Positions 9,125 to 17,519 of a stretch of 64,000 nt of DNA are shown one piece after another. This DNA comes from an uncultured Chloroflexia bacterium (lineage in GTDB: Bacteria > Chloroflexota > Limnocylindria > Limnocylindrales > CSP1-4). Made by a program: the position numbers and the translations under genes. Position 1 is the stretch's first letter; each line of letters begins with the position of its first letter. The DNA lies in assembly GCA_963712745.1 (NCBI GenBank), contig CAVQJC010000020.1, positions 192,001-256,000 of the forward strand, given 5' to 3'. Below the pieces are notes generated by a model that saw nothing but the letters and a program-made list of their open reading frames with translations, was not told where the DNA came from and made no database searches.

Positions 9125-10740
9125 CTAGGAAGCGGCCTTCTGGTCCGCGAGCACGGCCCGTGCCGCGTTGCGCCCCGGCAGCCCGGTGACACCACCGCCG
9201 GGGTGGGCTCCCGCGCCGGCCAGGTAGAGACCATCGAGCGGCAGCCGATGGCGGGCGTAGCCGAGCAGCGGCCGCCAGGCGAACCACTGGTCGAGGCCGG
9301 GCTCGAGGTGGAACGGATGCCCGCCCGACACCCCGAAGTCGCGCTCGATATCGAGCGGCGTCAGCACTTGCCGCGCTACGACCAGCCTGCCGATGCCTGG
9401 GGCTGCGCCTTCCAGGGTCCCGATCACGAGATCGCCGAGCGCCTCGCGTTGGGTATCCCAGTCGCCATCCCGCAGCTCGTATGGGGCCGTCTGGACGAGC
9501 ACGCTCATGACGTGCCGGACGCCAGCAGCCGCGGCGCCGTCGACCAGGAGCGGGTCGACCAGGCTGGGGATGGTGGCCTCCAGCCAGGGAGCGTCGCTGA
9601 TGCGTCCGTACTTCGACGCGTCGGCGGCCAGGTCGAGGTAGCGGACCGACGGAGCCAGCACGAGACGACCGCGCAGACGCATGGCACCTTCGTCCCCGTC
9701 GAGCCCCTCGAACGTGGGCAGCTCGGCCAGGGCCAGGTTGACCTTGGCCGTGACGCCGCGGTCGCGCAGGTGGTCGACCTCCCAGCCCAGCTCCGGCCCC
9801 AGCGTCTCGGGATCGACCAGGCCGCCCAGCGTGGTGCGCGGGTCAAGTCCGCTGACCACGACGCGGCTCTGCAGCTCTTCACCGTCGGCGAGGGCCACGC
9901 CGCTCACGGTGCCGTCAGCGTCGCGTATGGCGATGACCTCAGCACCGGTGCGGATGTCCACGCCCGCCGCGCGGGCGGCCTCGGCCAGCGCCGCTGCGAG
10001 CGCGCCCGGGCCGCCCCGGGCGTAGACGGTCTCGCCGGCTGCGCCGCCGCCGCTGCCGGCCGAATTGGTGAGCATCACGGCGCTGGTGCCCCCGTGATGC
10101 GGGCCCATGGCCGTGTGGCGCAAGCCGCGCGTCGCGATGAGCGCTCGCAGCGCGTCCGACTCGAGGTTGTCCTCGAGATAGTCGGCGATGGACATGGGCA
10201 GCATGCGTGTGAACTCGCGGGCCAGCCGCGACTCGAGCCGGCGATAGCGCCAGCCGAGCTTGAGGCCACTGACGAGCACGTCGGGGTTGGCCCTCTTGGT
10301 GTCAGGCGGCGTCATCAGCAGCAGACGCCAGAGCGTGGAGGCGAGCGCCCGCACCTCGGCGTCGAATGACTCCCAGGCCGCCGCATCGGATGTGGACACG
10401 GCTTCGAGCCCGGCCGCCGTACGGGCCGCGTCGGCCCAGAGGGTGATGGGGCCGCCTTCTCCACCGACGGCCGTGACGAGGGCCGCTGGCTGCACCAGGC
10501 GCAGCCCGTGCGCGCCGAGGTCCAGATCCTCGCGACCGAGGCGGTCAGGCGGCCCACCGTGTGGGCCAGCGTGGGCACGCGCGCCGACGGCGCGATCTCC
10601 GACGTGCCCACCATGCCGCCGACGGTCTCACGACGCTCGAGCAGGAGCGTCGAGAGTCCGGCCCGGCCCAGGTACGTCGCGGCCACGAGGCCGTTGTGGC
10701 CGCCGCCGACGACGATGGCATCCCAGTCCTGCGCGCTCAT
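9125..10740 (-). CDS. Phytoene desaturase/PYROXD2-like FAD-dependent oxidoreductase, paralog B (frameshift near 10530)
   Basis: The N-terminus MSAQDWDAIVVGGGHNGLVAA (ATG 10740) is in one frame and continues as DLDLGAHGLRLVQP in ORF 9125..10495. The C-terminus has LYLAGAGAHPGGGVTG.PGRNAA. Confidence 0.85.
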
Positions 10741-12332
10741 GCCGCCACCCCCTTGCGCTTGGATCGCTCCAACACCTTCATCGCGGCGAGACGGCCGTTG
10801 GCGCCCATGATGCCGCCGCCCGGATGGGTGGACGAGCCGGAGAGCCACAGGTTCCGGACAGGCGTCTCGAAGCGGCTCCAGCCCGGCACCGGCCGGTTGA
10901 AGAAGAGCTGCTCGAGCGTCAACTCACCCTGGAAGATGTTGCCCTCGGTGAGCCCGATGTCGCGCTCCATGTCCAGTGGAGTCACCACCTGGCGATGGAG
11001 GATGATGTCGCGGATGTTGGGCGCCCGCTCGGCGATGACGTCGATGACCGCGTCGCCGAACGCCTCACGCTGGTCGTCCCAGGTGCCCTCGGCCAGCTTG
11101 TAGGGAGCCCAGTGGACGAAGCAGCTCATGACGTGCTTGCCCGGCGGCGCCATGGTGGGATCGACCAGCGTGGGGATGATCGTGTCGATGTAGGGCTTGC
11201 GGCTGAAGCGGCCGGACTTGGCGTCGTCGTAGGCCTGCTCCATGTAGTCGATCGAGGGCGAGAAGCTGATGGCCCCGCGGAGGTGCTCACCGGGTCCCGG
11301 CAGCGACGTGAACGAGGGCAGCGCGTCGAGCGCCAGGTTGACCTTGCCGCTGGAGCCCCGGAAACGGAACCGGCGGACGTCGGCCTCGAAGTCCGGTGGC
11401 AGTGTGCCCGACGGCAGCAGGCCCAGGAAGGTGCGTCGGGCGTCCGCACTGGAGAGGACATGGTCGGCCTCGATCTCTTCGCCGCTCTCGAGCACGACGC
11501 CCGTGGCGCGGCCGTCACGGACCAGGATCTCGGCCACCGGAGCCTCGGTGCGGATCTCGGCGCCGAGCGCAGCCGCGGCGCTGGCGATGGCCGCGGCCAC
11601 CCCGCCGGTGCCGCCCTTGGGGATGCCCCAGGCGCGGAAGGCACCGTCGATCTCACCCATGTAATGGTGCAGCAGCACGTAGGCGGTGCCGGGCGAGTGC
11701 ACGCCCAGGTAGGTGCCGATGATGCCCGAGGCAGACATGGTGCCCTTCAGCGGCGCAGTCTGGAACCAGCGATCGAGGAACTCGGCTGCGCTCATCGTCA
11801 TCAGCTGGATGAACGTGAGCTGCTGCCGGCGCGACAGGCCTGAGAAATCCTTGATGAGTGAGCCCAGTGCCGACGCGTCGCGTGGGTCGGGCCGGCGCGG
11901 GTCGGTCGGGGTCATGGCCAGGATGGGCTTGATGAAGCGCGCCATCTGCGCCATCAGTTGGCCGTACTCCTGGTAGGCCTCGGCGTCGGAGAGCGACCAG
12001 CGGCGCAGCTCGCGCATGGTGTGCGCGTGATCGTCGGTGCGCCAGAGATGGTCGCCGTCGACCGGCGTGAACGTGCCGTCCAGCGGCAGGATGTGCAGGC
12101 CGTGCCTGGGCAGTTGCAGGTCGCGGATGATCTCGGGTCGCAGCAGGCTGACCACGTACGAGACCACGCTGAAGCGAAAGCCCGGGAAGATCTCCTGGGT
12201 CAGCGTCGCCCCGCCCAGGATCTCGCGACGCTCGAGCACGAGCGTGCGCAGGCCACCCTTGGCCAGGTAGGCGCCGCTGATGAGGCCGTTGTGGCCGCCA
12301 CCGATGACGACCGCGTCGTAGCGTTGTGGCAC
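10737..12332 (-). CDS. Phytoene desaturase/PYROXD2-like FAD-dependent oxidoreductase, paralog A
   Basis: Motifs YDAVVIGGGHNGL, GTAYVLLHHYMGEIDG, GNIFQGEL, GSSTHPGGGIMGANG. GAGGAG RBS before GTG 12332. Confidence 0.9.
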   Translation of the reverse strand: MPQRYDAVVIGGGHNGLISGAYLAKGGLRTLVLERREILGGATLTQEIFPGFRFSVVSYVVSLLRPEIIRDLQLPRHGLHILPLDGTFTPVDGDHLWRTDDHAHTMRELRRWSLSDAEAYQEYGQLMAQMARFIKPILAMTPTDPRRPDPRDASALGSLIKDFSGLSRRQQLTFIQLMTMSAAEFLDRWFQTAPLKGTMSASGIIGTYLGVHSPGTAYVLLHHYMGEIDGAFRAWGIPKGGTGGVAAAIASAAAALGAEIRTEAPVAEILVRDGRATGVVLESGEEIEADHVLSSADARRTFLGLLPSGTLPPDFEADVRRFRFRGSSGKVNLALDALPSFTSLPGPGEHLRGAISFSPSIDYMEQAYDDAKSGRFSRKPYIDTIIPTLVDPTMAPPGKHVMSCFVHWAPYKLAEGTWDDQREAFGDAVIDVIAERAPNIRDIILHRQVVTPLDMERDIGLTEGNIFQGELTLEQLFFNRPVPGWSRFETPVRNLWLSGSSTHPGGGIMGANGRLAAMKVLERSKRKGVAA

Positions 12333-12491
12333 GTTCTCCTCGCTTGGCGCGCCTCCCCTGCCCCTCGACAGGGTCCCCACGCGCCCTCGACGACATCAGT
12401 CGGTCGCCGGAGTGTCATGTCCCATGCTACCCGCCCGGCGAGGTTGCGGGTCGGCCGGGCCAGCGCGCGACGCGACGCCTAGACTCTGCTC

Positions 12492-13685
12492 ATGTCAGTC
12501 GGATCAGCCTTTGACGAGCGCACCCTCGAGCTGAACGTCCGGCGACAGTGGCGTGAATGGTCGGGGGTGTTCAGCTCGAGCGCGTATGCGCCGCATATCG
12601 ACATCGAGTACAACGCGCTGCGCAACGCCGCGGCGCTCATCGATGTCTCGCCCCTCTTCAAGTACCGCGTGGCCGGCCCGGATGCCGATCGGCTGGTCGA
12701 TCGCGTCATCACCCGCGAGGCCATGTCCGTCAAGCCGGGTCGCGTCATCTACACGCCCTGGTGCGACAGCGAGGGCCGCGTCATCGACGACGGCACGCTC
12801 ATGCGCCACGACGACGGCTCATGGTTCTGGACCGCGGCCGAAGGCCAGCTGCGCTGGCTGCAGCTCAACTCGCGCGGGCTCGACGTCGACATCGAGGACC
12901 GCACGGACGCTCTGGCGGCGCTGGCCCTGCAGGGGCCGCTCGCGCGCGATGTGCTCGAGGCGACCGCCCAGACGTCCCTCACCGAGCTGCGCTACTTCAG
13001 CCACCGTGCGCTGACGATCGCCGGGGTCAACCTCGACGTCAGTCGCACCGGCTACACCGGCGACCTCGGCTACGAACTGTGGATCCCGGTCGAGGATGCG
13101 CTGGCGGTGTGGGACGCGCTCGTCGAGACCGGCACGGCCTACGCCTTGCGTCCGGCTGGCATCCTCGCGCTCGACGTCGCCCGCATCGAGGCCGGGCTCA
13201 TCATGGCCGGCGTCGACTACATCTCGTCCCATCACGCGCTCACGCGCGAGCAGAGCTACTCGCCCTATGAGCTGGGCCTGGGCTCGCTGGTCAAGCTGGA
13301 GAAGGAGGTCGCCTTCGTCGGCCGGAACGCGCTGCGCGCCGAGCGGGATGCGGGTGGCCCGCCCCGACGGCTGGTCGGGCTCGATCTGGACTGGGCCGAC
13401 CTCGAGCGGTTGTACGCCGCACACGGGCTGAGCCCGGCGCTGTCGGCCAACGCCTGGCGAGACGAGATCCCCATCTACGACTTCGGCCAGCAGGTCGGAC
13501 GTGCCACCAGCGGCTCGTGGAGCCTGGTGCTCAAGAAGAACCTGGCCATCGGCACGGTGGCCGCGGCCTCGGCCGAGATCGGCACAGAGCTGGAGATGGA
13601 GTGGTCCGTCGAGGGCGAGCGCGGCCGCATCGGTGCCGAGGTCATCGAGCTGCCCTTCTTCGACCCGCCCCGCAAGCGCGAGTAG
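12492..13685 (+). CDS. GcvT-like folate-binding aminomethyltransferase/demethylase
   Basis: Motifs EYNALRN.AALIDVSPLFK, G.VIDDG, LALQGP, SRTGYTGDLGYELW, RIEAGL, LPFFDP. Confidence 0.9.
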   Translation: MSVGSAFDERTLELNVRRQWREWSGVFSSSAYAPHIDIEYNALRNAAALIDVSPLFKYRVAGPDADRLVDRVITREAMSVKPGRVIYTPWCDSEGRVIDDGTLMRHDDGSWFWTAAEGQLRWLQLNSRGLDVDIEDRTDALAALALQGPLARDVLEATAQTSLTELRYFSHRALTIAGVNLDVSRTGYTGDLGYELWIPVEDALAVWDALVETGTAYALRPAGILALDVARIEAGLIMAGVDYISSHHALTREQSYSPYELGLGSLVKLEKEVAFVGRNALRAERDAGGPPRRLVGLDLDWADLERLYAAHGLSPALSANAWRDEIPIYDFGQQVGRATSGSWSLVLKKNLAIGTVAAASAEIGTELEMEWSVEGERGRIGAEVIELPFFDPPRKRE

Positions 13686-13725
13686 CCCCCAGGAAGCCGG
13701 CGACTGGTGGTGGTCGGCCGCCGTG

Positions 13726-13757
13726 GTATGATGCTCGTGCATACTGCGCCGCATACT
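13726..13757 (+). promoter_or_regulatory. Putative vapBC promoter/operator
   Basis: TGGTATGAT extended -10; inverted repeat GTATG-N9-CATAC (13726-13744) and a second GCATACT at 13751-13757, just upstream of the antitoxin ATG. Confidence 0.5.
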
Positions 13758-13768
13758 CAGGATTCGCC

Positions 13769-14017
13769 ATGACCATGGTGCGTACCACCATCACCATCCC
13801 CGAGGAAGTGCTGCGTGCCGTCGACGACCTCGCCGGTGCCGGCGGGCGCTCCGCCTGGATCGCCCAAGCCGTCGAGGCTCGCATGAAGCGCGAGCGGCTG
13901 GGCAGGGCCATCGAGGAGACCCGCGGTGCCCTCAAGGACTCGCCGTGGTGGAAGACACCCGAGGAATTGTATCGGTGGGTACGCGACCAGCGCATCGATC
14001 GCGAGGACCCTGTGTAG
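13769..14017 (+). CDS. Ribbon-helix-helix antitoxin (VapB-like)
   Basis: MTMVRTTITIPEEVLRAVDDLAG..GRSAWIAQAV is an RHH/CopG pattern. The gene abuts a PIN-domain gene. Confidence 0.85.
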   Translation: MTMVRTTITIPEEVLRAVDDLAGAGGRSAWIAQAVEARMKRERLGRAIEETRGALKDSPWWKTPEELYRWVRDQRIDREDPV

Positions 14018-14449
14018 ATGTCGGGCTACGTCCTCGACACCACGGTCATCATCGATCACGCTCGTGGCCATGCTGGAGGCCCGGAGGTCGTCGCACGTCT
14101 GTTTGCCGAGACCGGCCAGCTGTACACCTGCGACATCGTGACGACCGAGGCCCTATCGGGCGGCGATGCCCCGGAACGCGCGGCCATCACTAGGTTCCTC
14201 GATGCGCTCGAGTTCATCGCCGTCGATCCGGAGGGGGCACGCTGGGCGGGTCGCCGTCGCCGAGACCTGCAGACCGCAGGCCGACGCTGCCCGCTGGCGG
14301 ACGCGCTCATCGCCGCGACGGCCTGGCGGGTGGGGGCAACGGTCGTGACCCGCAACCCGGCTGATTTCGAGCGCTTCGGTGTGCCTGTCCTGGCCTACGG
14401 CCACCCACCGGCGGCGAGCGCGGGCACGAAGCGCGGGTCTACTTCGTAG
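14018..14449 (+). CDS. vapC: PIN-domain ribonuclease toxin (VapC-like)
   Basis: Motifs YVLDTTVIID, TE, LADALIAATA, VVTRN..DF. Confidence 0.9.
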   Translation: MSGYVLDTTVIIDHARGHAGGPEVVARLFAETGQLYTCDIVTTEALSGGDAPERAAITRFLDALEFIAVDPEGARWAGRRRRDLQTAGRRCPLADALIAATAWRVGATVVTRNPADFERFGVPVLAYGHPPAASAGTKRGSTS

Positions 14450-15165
14450 ACGTCACGGATGCGCTCGGGTGAGAGCACCTCCGCCGGCGCGCCGTCGGCC
14501 ACCAGCCGCCCCTCGTCAAGCAGCACCAGCCGCGGGAAGAAGTGGGCCGCCAGCGGCAGGTCGTGGAGCACGGCCAGCACCGTCAAGCCGTCGTCGGTCA
14601 GCCGCTCGAGCAGCGACAGCACCTCCACCTGGTGCCGCAGGTCGAGGTGGACGGTGGGCTCGTCGAGGACGATGAGCCGGCCACCCTGGGCCACGGCCAT
14701 GGCGATGAGCACGAGCTGGCGCTCGCCCATCGAAAGCTGCTGAACGTCGCGGCCACGCAGCCTGTCGATGCCCACCCGCGTGATGGCCGTCTCGACCGCG
14801 GCGCGGTCGGACGCAGCGGCGCCGGTGAAGGGATTCTCATGGGGGATGCGTCCCAGTCGAACGACCTCCTCGACGTGCATCGAGAAGGGTAGGTCCACCT
14901 GGCTGGGCACGACCGAGATGGCCCGCGCGATGGCCGAGCGCTCGATGCCGGCCAGGGGCTCGCCGTCGAGGACGACCGTGCCGCTGGTCGGCTCGGCCAG
15001 GCCGGTCAGACAGCGCAGCAGGCTCGACTTCCCTGCGCCATTGGGCCCGACCAGGCACAGCCGCTCGCCCGGCTCGATGTGCAGTTCGACGCCGGCCAGC
15101 ACGTCGGTCTGGCCATAGCGAAGGCCGAGGCCCTCGACGTCGACGCGCAGTCCCGGCGCGCTCAC
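14395..15165 (-). CDS. Cobalamin/Fe-siderophore ABC transporter ATPase (BtuD-like)
   Basis: The GTG at 15165 overlaps the permease stop (GTGA). Walker A GPNGAGKS, LSMGERQ, LDEPT.HLD, VLHDL. Confidence 0.9.
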   Translation of the reverse strand: MSAPGLRVDVEGLGLRYGQTDVLAGVELHIEPGERLCLVGPNGAGKSSLLRCLTGLAEPTSGTVVLDGEPLAGIERSAIARAISVVPSQVDLPFSMHVEEVVRLGRIPHENPFTGAAASDRAAVETAITRVGIDRLRGRDVQQLSMGERQLVLIAMAVAQGGRLIVLDEPTVHLDLRHQVEVLSLLERLTDDGLTVLAVLHDLPLAAHFFPRLVLLDEGRLVADGAPAEVLSPERIRDVYEVDPRFVPALAAGGWP

Positions 15166-16241
15166 AGCTGGTACCCCGTGCGATAGCGGCGCAGCAGGAG
15201 CACGAAGATGGGCGCGCCGATGACGGCGGTGATGATGCCCACGGGCAGCTCCCCCACCAGCCGGGCGCCGAGGTCGGCGATGACCAGGAAGGCGCCACCG
15301 AAGATGGCCGAAAGCGGGAGCACCACGCGCGCATTGGGGCCGACCACCAACCGGATGACGTGCGGCACGACCAGGCCTACGAACCCGATGAGCCCGGCCA
15401 GGGCCACCGCTGCCGCCGTGACCAGCGAGGCCAGGCCCAGCAGGATGGCGCGCTCGCGACGCACGTCGACGCCAAGGTGGAGGGCCGTGTCGTCGCCCAG
15501 CAGTAGGCCGTTGAGCGAGCGGGCTCGGGCCAGGATGAGGATGGTCCCGACGGCGATGACGGGCAGGCCGATGGCCAGGCTCTGCCAGTCCGAGCCCGAG
15601 AGGCTGCCGAGCAGGTAGAAGAAGATCTGTCGCAGCTGCGAACCTGACAGGTACATGGCCAGGGAGAGCCCGGCCGCGAGCATGGAGCCCACCGCGTAGC
15701 CGGTGAGCAGGATGGAGGTCATGGTCGAGCGTCCGCCTCCGCCAGCCACGCGGTAGACCAGCGCGATCGCCGCGAGAGCGCCGATGAAGGCGAAGATATT
15801 GACGATTCCCAGCCCGAGCCAGGCGATGTGGATGGGCAGGAGCACGCCGATGGCGGCTCCGAGGGCAGCCCCCGAAGCGGTGCCCAGGACGTAGGGATCG
15901 GCCAGCGGGTTGCGCAGCAGCCCCTGGAAGGTGACGCCCGCGATGGACAGGCCGAGACCGACCACCAGCGCGGTCAGGACCCGCGGCAGCCGCAGGGTGA
16001 GCACGATGGTCTCCGAGGAGCGGGCCCAGGTGCCGTCGACATCCCAGCCCAGCTGGCCCGCCAGGATGGCGATGGTCTCGCTGGGGGAGATCTGTACCGT
16101 GCCCAGGCCGATGCCGGCGACCACGGCCACGGCCAGGATGAGCAGCCCGATGAGGCCCAGCACGACAGGGTGTCGGCGCAGGGCCTCGAAGGAGCTGTGG
16201 CGGACCGTCGCGCCCCCGCGCGCCAGGTCCTGGGTGGTCAT
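15162..16241 (-). CDS. FecCD/BtuC family ABC permease
   Basis: Motifs LRLPRV, QGLLRNPLADPYVLG, IGFVGLVVPH, ELPVGIITA..GAP. Confidence 0.93.
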   Translation of the reverse strand: MTTQDLARGGATVRHSSFEALRRHPVVLGLIGLLILAVAVVAGIGLGTVQISPSETIAILAGQLGWDVDGTWARSSETIVLTLRLPRVLTALVVGLGLSIAGVTFQGLLRNPLADPYVLGTASGAALGAAIGVLLPIHIAWLGLGIVNIFAFIGALAAIALVYRVAGGGGRSTMTSILLTGYAVGSMLAAGLSLAMYLSGSQLRQIFFYLLGSLSGSDWQSLAIGLPVIAVGTILILARARSLNGLLLGDDTALHLGVDVRRERAILLGLASLVTAAAVALAGLIGFVGLVVPHVIRLVVGPNARVVLPLSAIFGGAFLVIADLGARLVGELPVGIITAVIGAPIFVLLLRRYRTGYQL

Positions 16242-16243
16242 GG

Positions 16244-17254
16244 TCAGGCGGCTTCACACATCGGCGGGTCGCTCGGGAAGCCGGCCAGCTCCAGCTCCGG
16301 GTGGATCGCCCGAGCCAGCGAAGCCAGGCCCTGTGCCAGACGCGGCCCTGGGCGGGTGACCGGGACGTCGTTGACTGGCACCACGTCGCCCACGGCCACG
16401 GCGGTCATGGTGTCCCAGCCGGGCCTGGTGGCGACGACGTCGGGGCAGACCCCGTAGTTGGCATCGCCCAGGACGATGATCTCAGGGTCGGCCACGATCA
16501 GCTCCTCGAGCGGGATCGACCAGGCGCCGGCGTCGGTGGTGGTGACCGGGTCACCGCCCGCCAGGACGATCATGTCGGCCAGGAAGGACTCCGGCGCAGG
16601 AGCGTAGATCTCGGGTTCGGCGCCGATCTCGTAGAACGTGCGTGGCCGATACTCGACCGCGGCCACCGCTTCCGCCACGGCTTCGAAGCCGGCCGTCATC
16701 TCGGCCACCACGGCTGCCGCCTCGTCGGGCGCACCGATGGCTTCGCCGATGAGTTCGATGTCGGCCACGACCGTGGGCACATCGGGCGCGTAGACGACGA
16801 CCACCGGGATGCCCAGGTCGCGCATCGTGGCGATGTCATCGGGATCGGTCAGGTTGTTCCCGCCGGCGAGGACGAGGTCGGGCTCGAGCGCCACCACCTG
16901 CTCCATGTTCGCACTGCTGAAGGTAGCCACCGGGGTCAGCTCCAGAGCCTCTGGCGGGTAGTCGTCCGAGTCGGTACGGCCGACCATGCGCTCTCCGGCG
17001 CCGAGGGCGTAGGCGATCTCGGTGTTGGCCGGTGAGAGGCTGATGATGCGCTGCGGCTCCGCCGCGATGGTCACCTCCGTGCCCTCGTCATCGGTGATGG
17101 TCACGGGGAAGGCGTCCTCATCAGCCTGGGCGGCCGAGCCCGATCCGGTAGCGACGGTGACCGACATGATCAGGAGCGCTCCGGCTGCAATGGTCACAAC
17201 AAAGCCCCGGCCACGCGAAGTGACGAGGGCTGGGTCGATGGTCGGCGAACGCAC
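16244..17254 (-). CDS. Cobalamin ABC transporter substrate-binding protein (BtuF-like)
   Basis: Motifs FPVTITDD.G, PQRIISLSPANTE, EPDLVLA, RPGPRL; N-terminal signal peptide; lies downstream of a cobalamin riboswitch. Confidence 0.9.
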   Translation of the reverse strand: MRSPTIDPALVTSRGRGFVVTIAAGALLIMSVTVATGSGSAAQADEDAFPVTITDDEGTEVTIAAEPQRIISLSPANTEIAYALGAGERMVGRTDSDDYPPEALELTPVATFSSANMEQVVALEPDLVLAGGNNLTDPDDIATMRDLGIPVVVVYAPDVPTVVADIELIGEAIGAPDEAAAVVAEMTAGFEAVAEAVAAVEYRPRTFYEIGAEPEIYAPAPESFLADMIVLAGGDPVTTTDAGAWSIPLEELIVADPEIIVLGDANYGVCPDVVATRPGWDTMTAVAVGDVVPVNDVPVTRPGPRLAQGLASLARAIHPELELAGFPSDPPMCEAA

Positions 17255-17287
17255 GTGCTTCCCCTTTCACTCGAAGGGCTGGCGCAC

Positions 17288-17383
17288 GATCCAGGCCACG
17301 GCGTCCGGACTTGCGGCGCGAGAGCACCGTTCACCGTAGCGGGACTGTGCCGGCTTCTCACCGGTCTTCGCGTGACCCGGATC
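17288..17383 (-). ncRNA. Cobalamin (B12) riboswitch
   Basis: Minus strand reads GAAGACCGGTGAGAAGCCGGCACAGTCCCGCTACGGTGA...AAGTCCGGA (P4 T-loop, L5, B12 box), closed by a 13-bp stem GATCCGGGTCACG/CGTGGCCTGGATC. It sits directly upstream of the btuF-like gene, with a TAGACT -10 at 17406-17411. Confidence 0.85.
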
Positions 17384-17519
17384 CCGCTGTTTGGTTGTCC
17401 TGCCGAGTCTACCGCGGTGGAGTCCGCGCGACACGCGCATAAGTGCGGGGTAAGAGCGCCCGTTGATACTGCGCTCAACCGCCTCCACCGCCGGTCATCC
17501 GCCGGAGGAAGGGCTGTCC

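Noticed and set aside
9125-12332. Carotenoid biosynthesis (crtI) cluster
   Set aside because: No phytoene synthase, GGPP synthase or cyclase is nearby, and the motifs match the PYROXD2-like subfamily rather than CrtI.
12492-13685. Glycine cleavage system T protein (gcvT)
   Set aside because: No gcvH or gcvP is adjacent, and the N-terminus differs from true GcvT. It is treated as a GcvT-like paralog.
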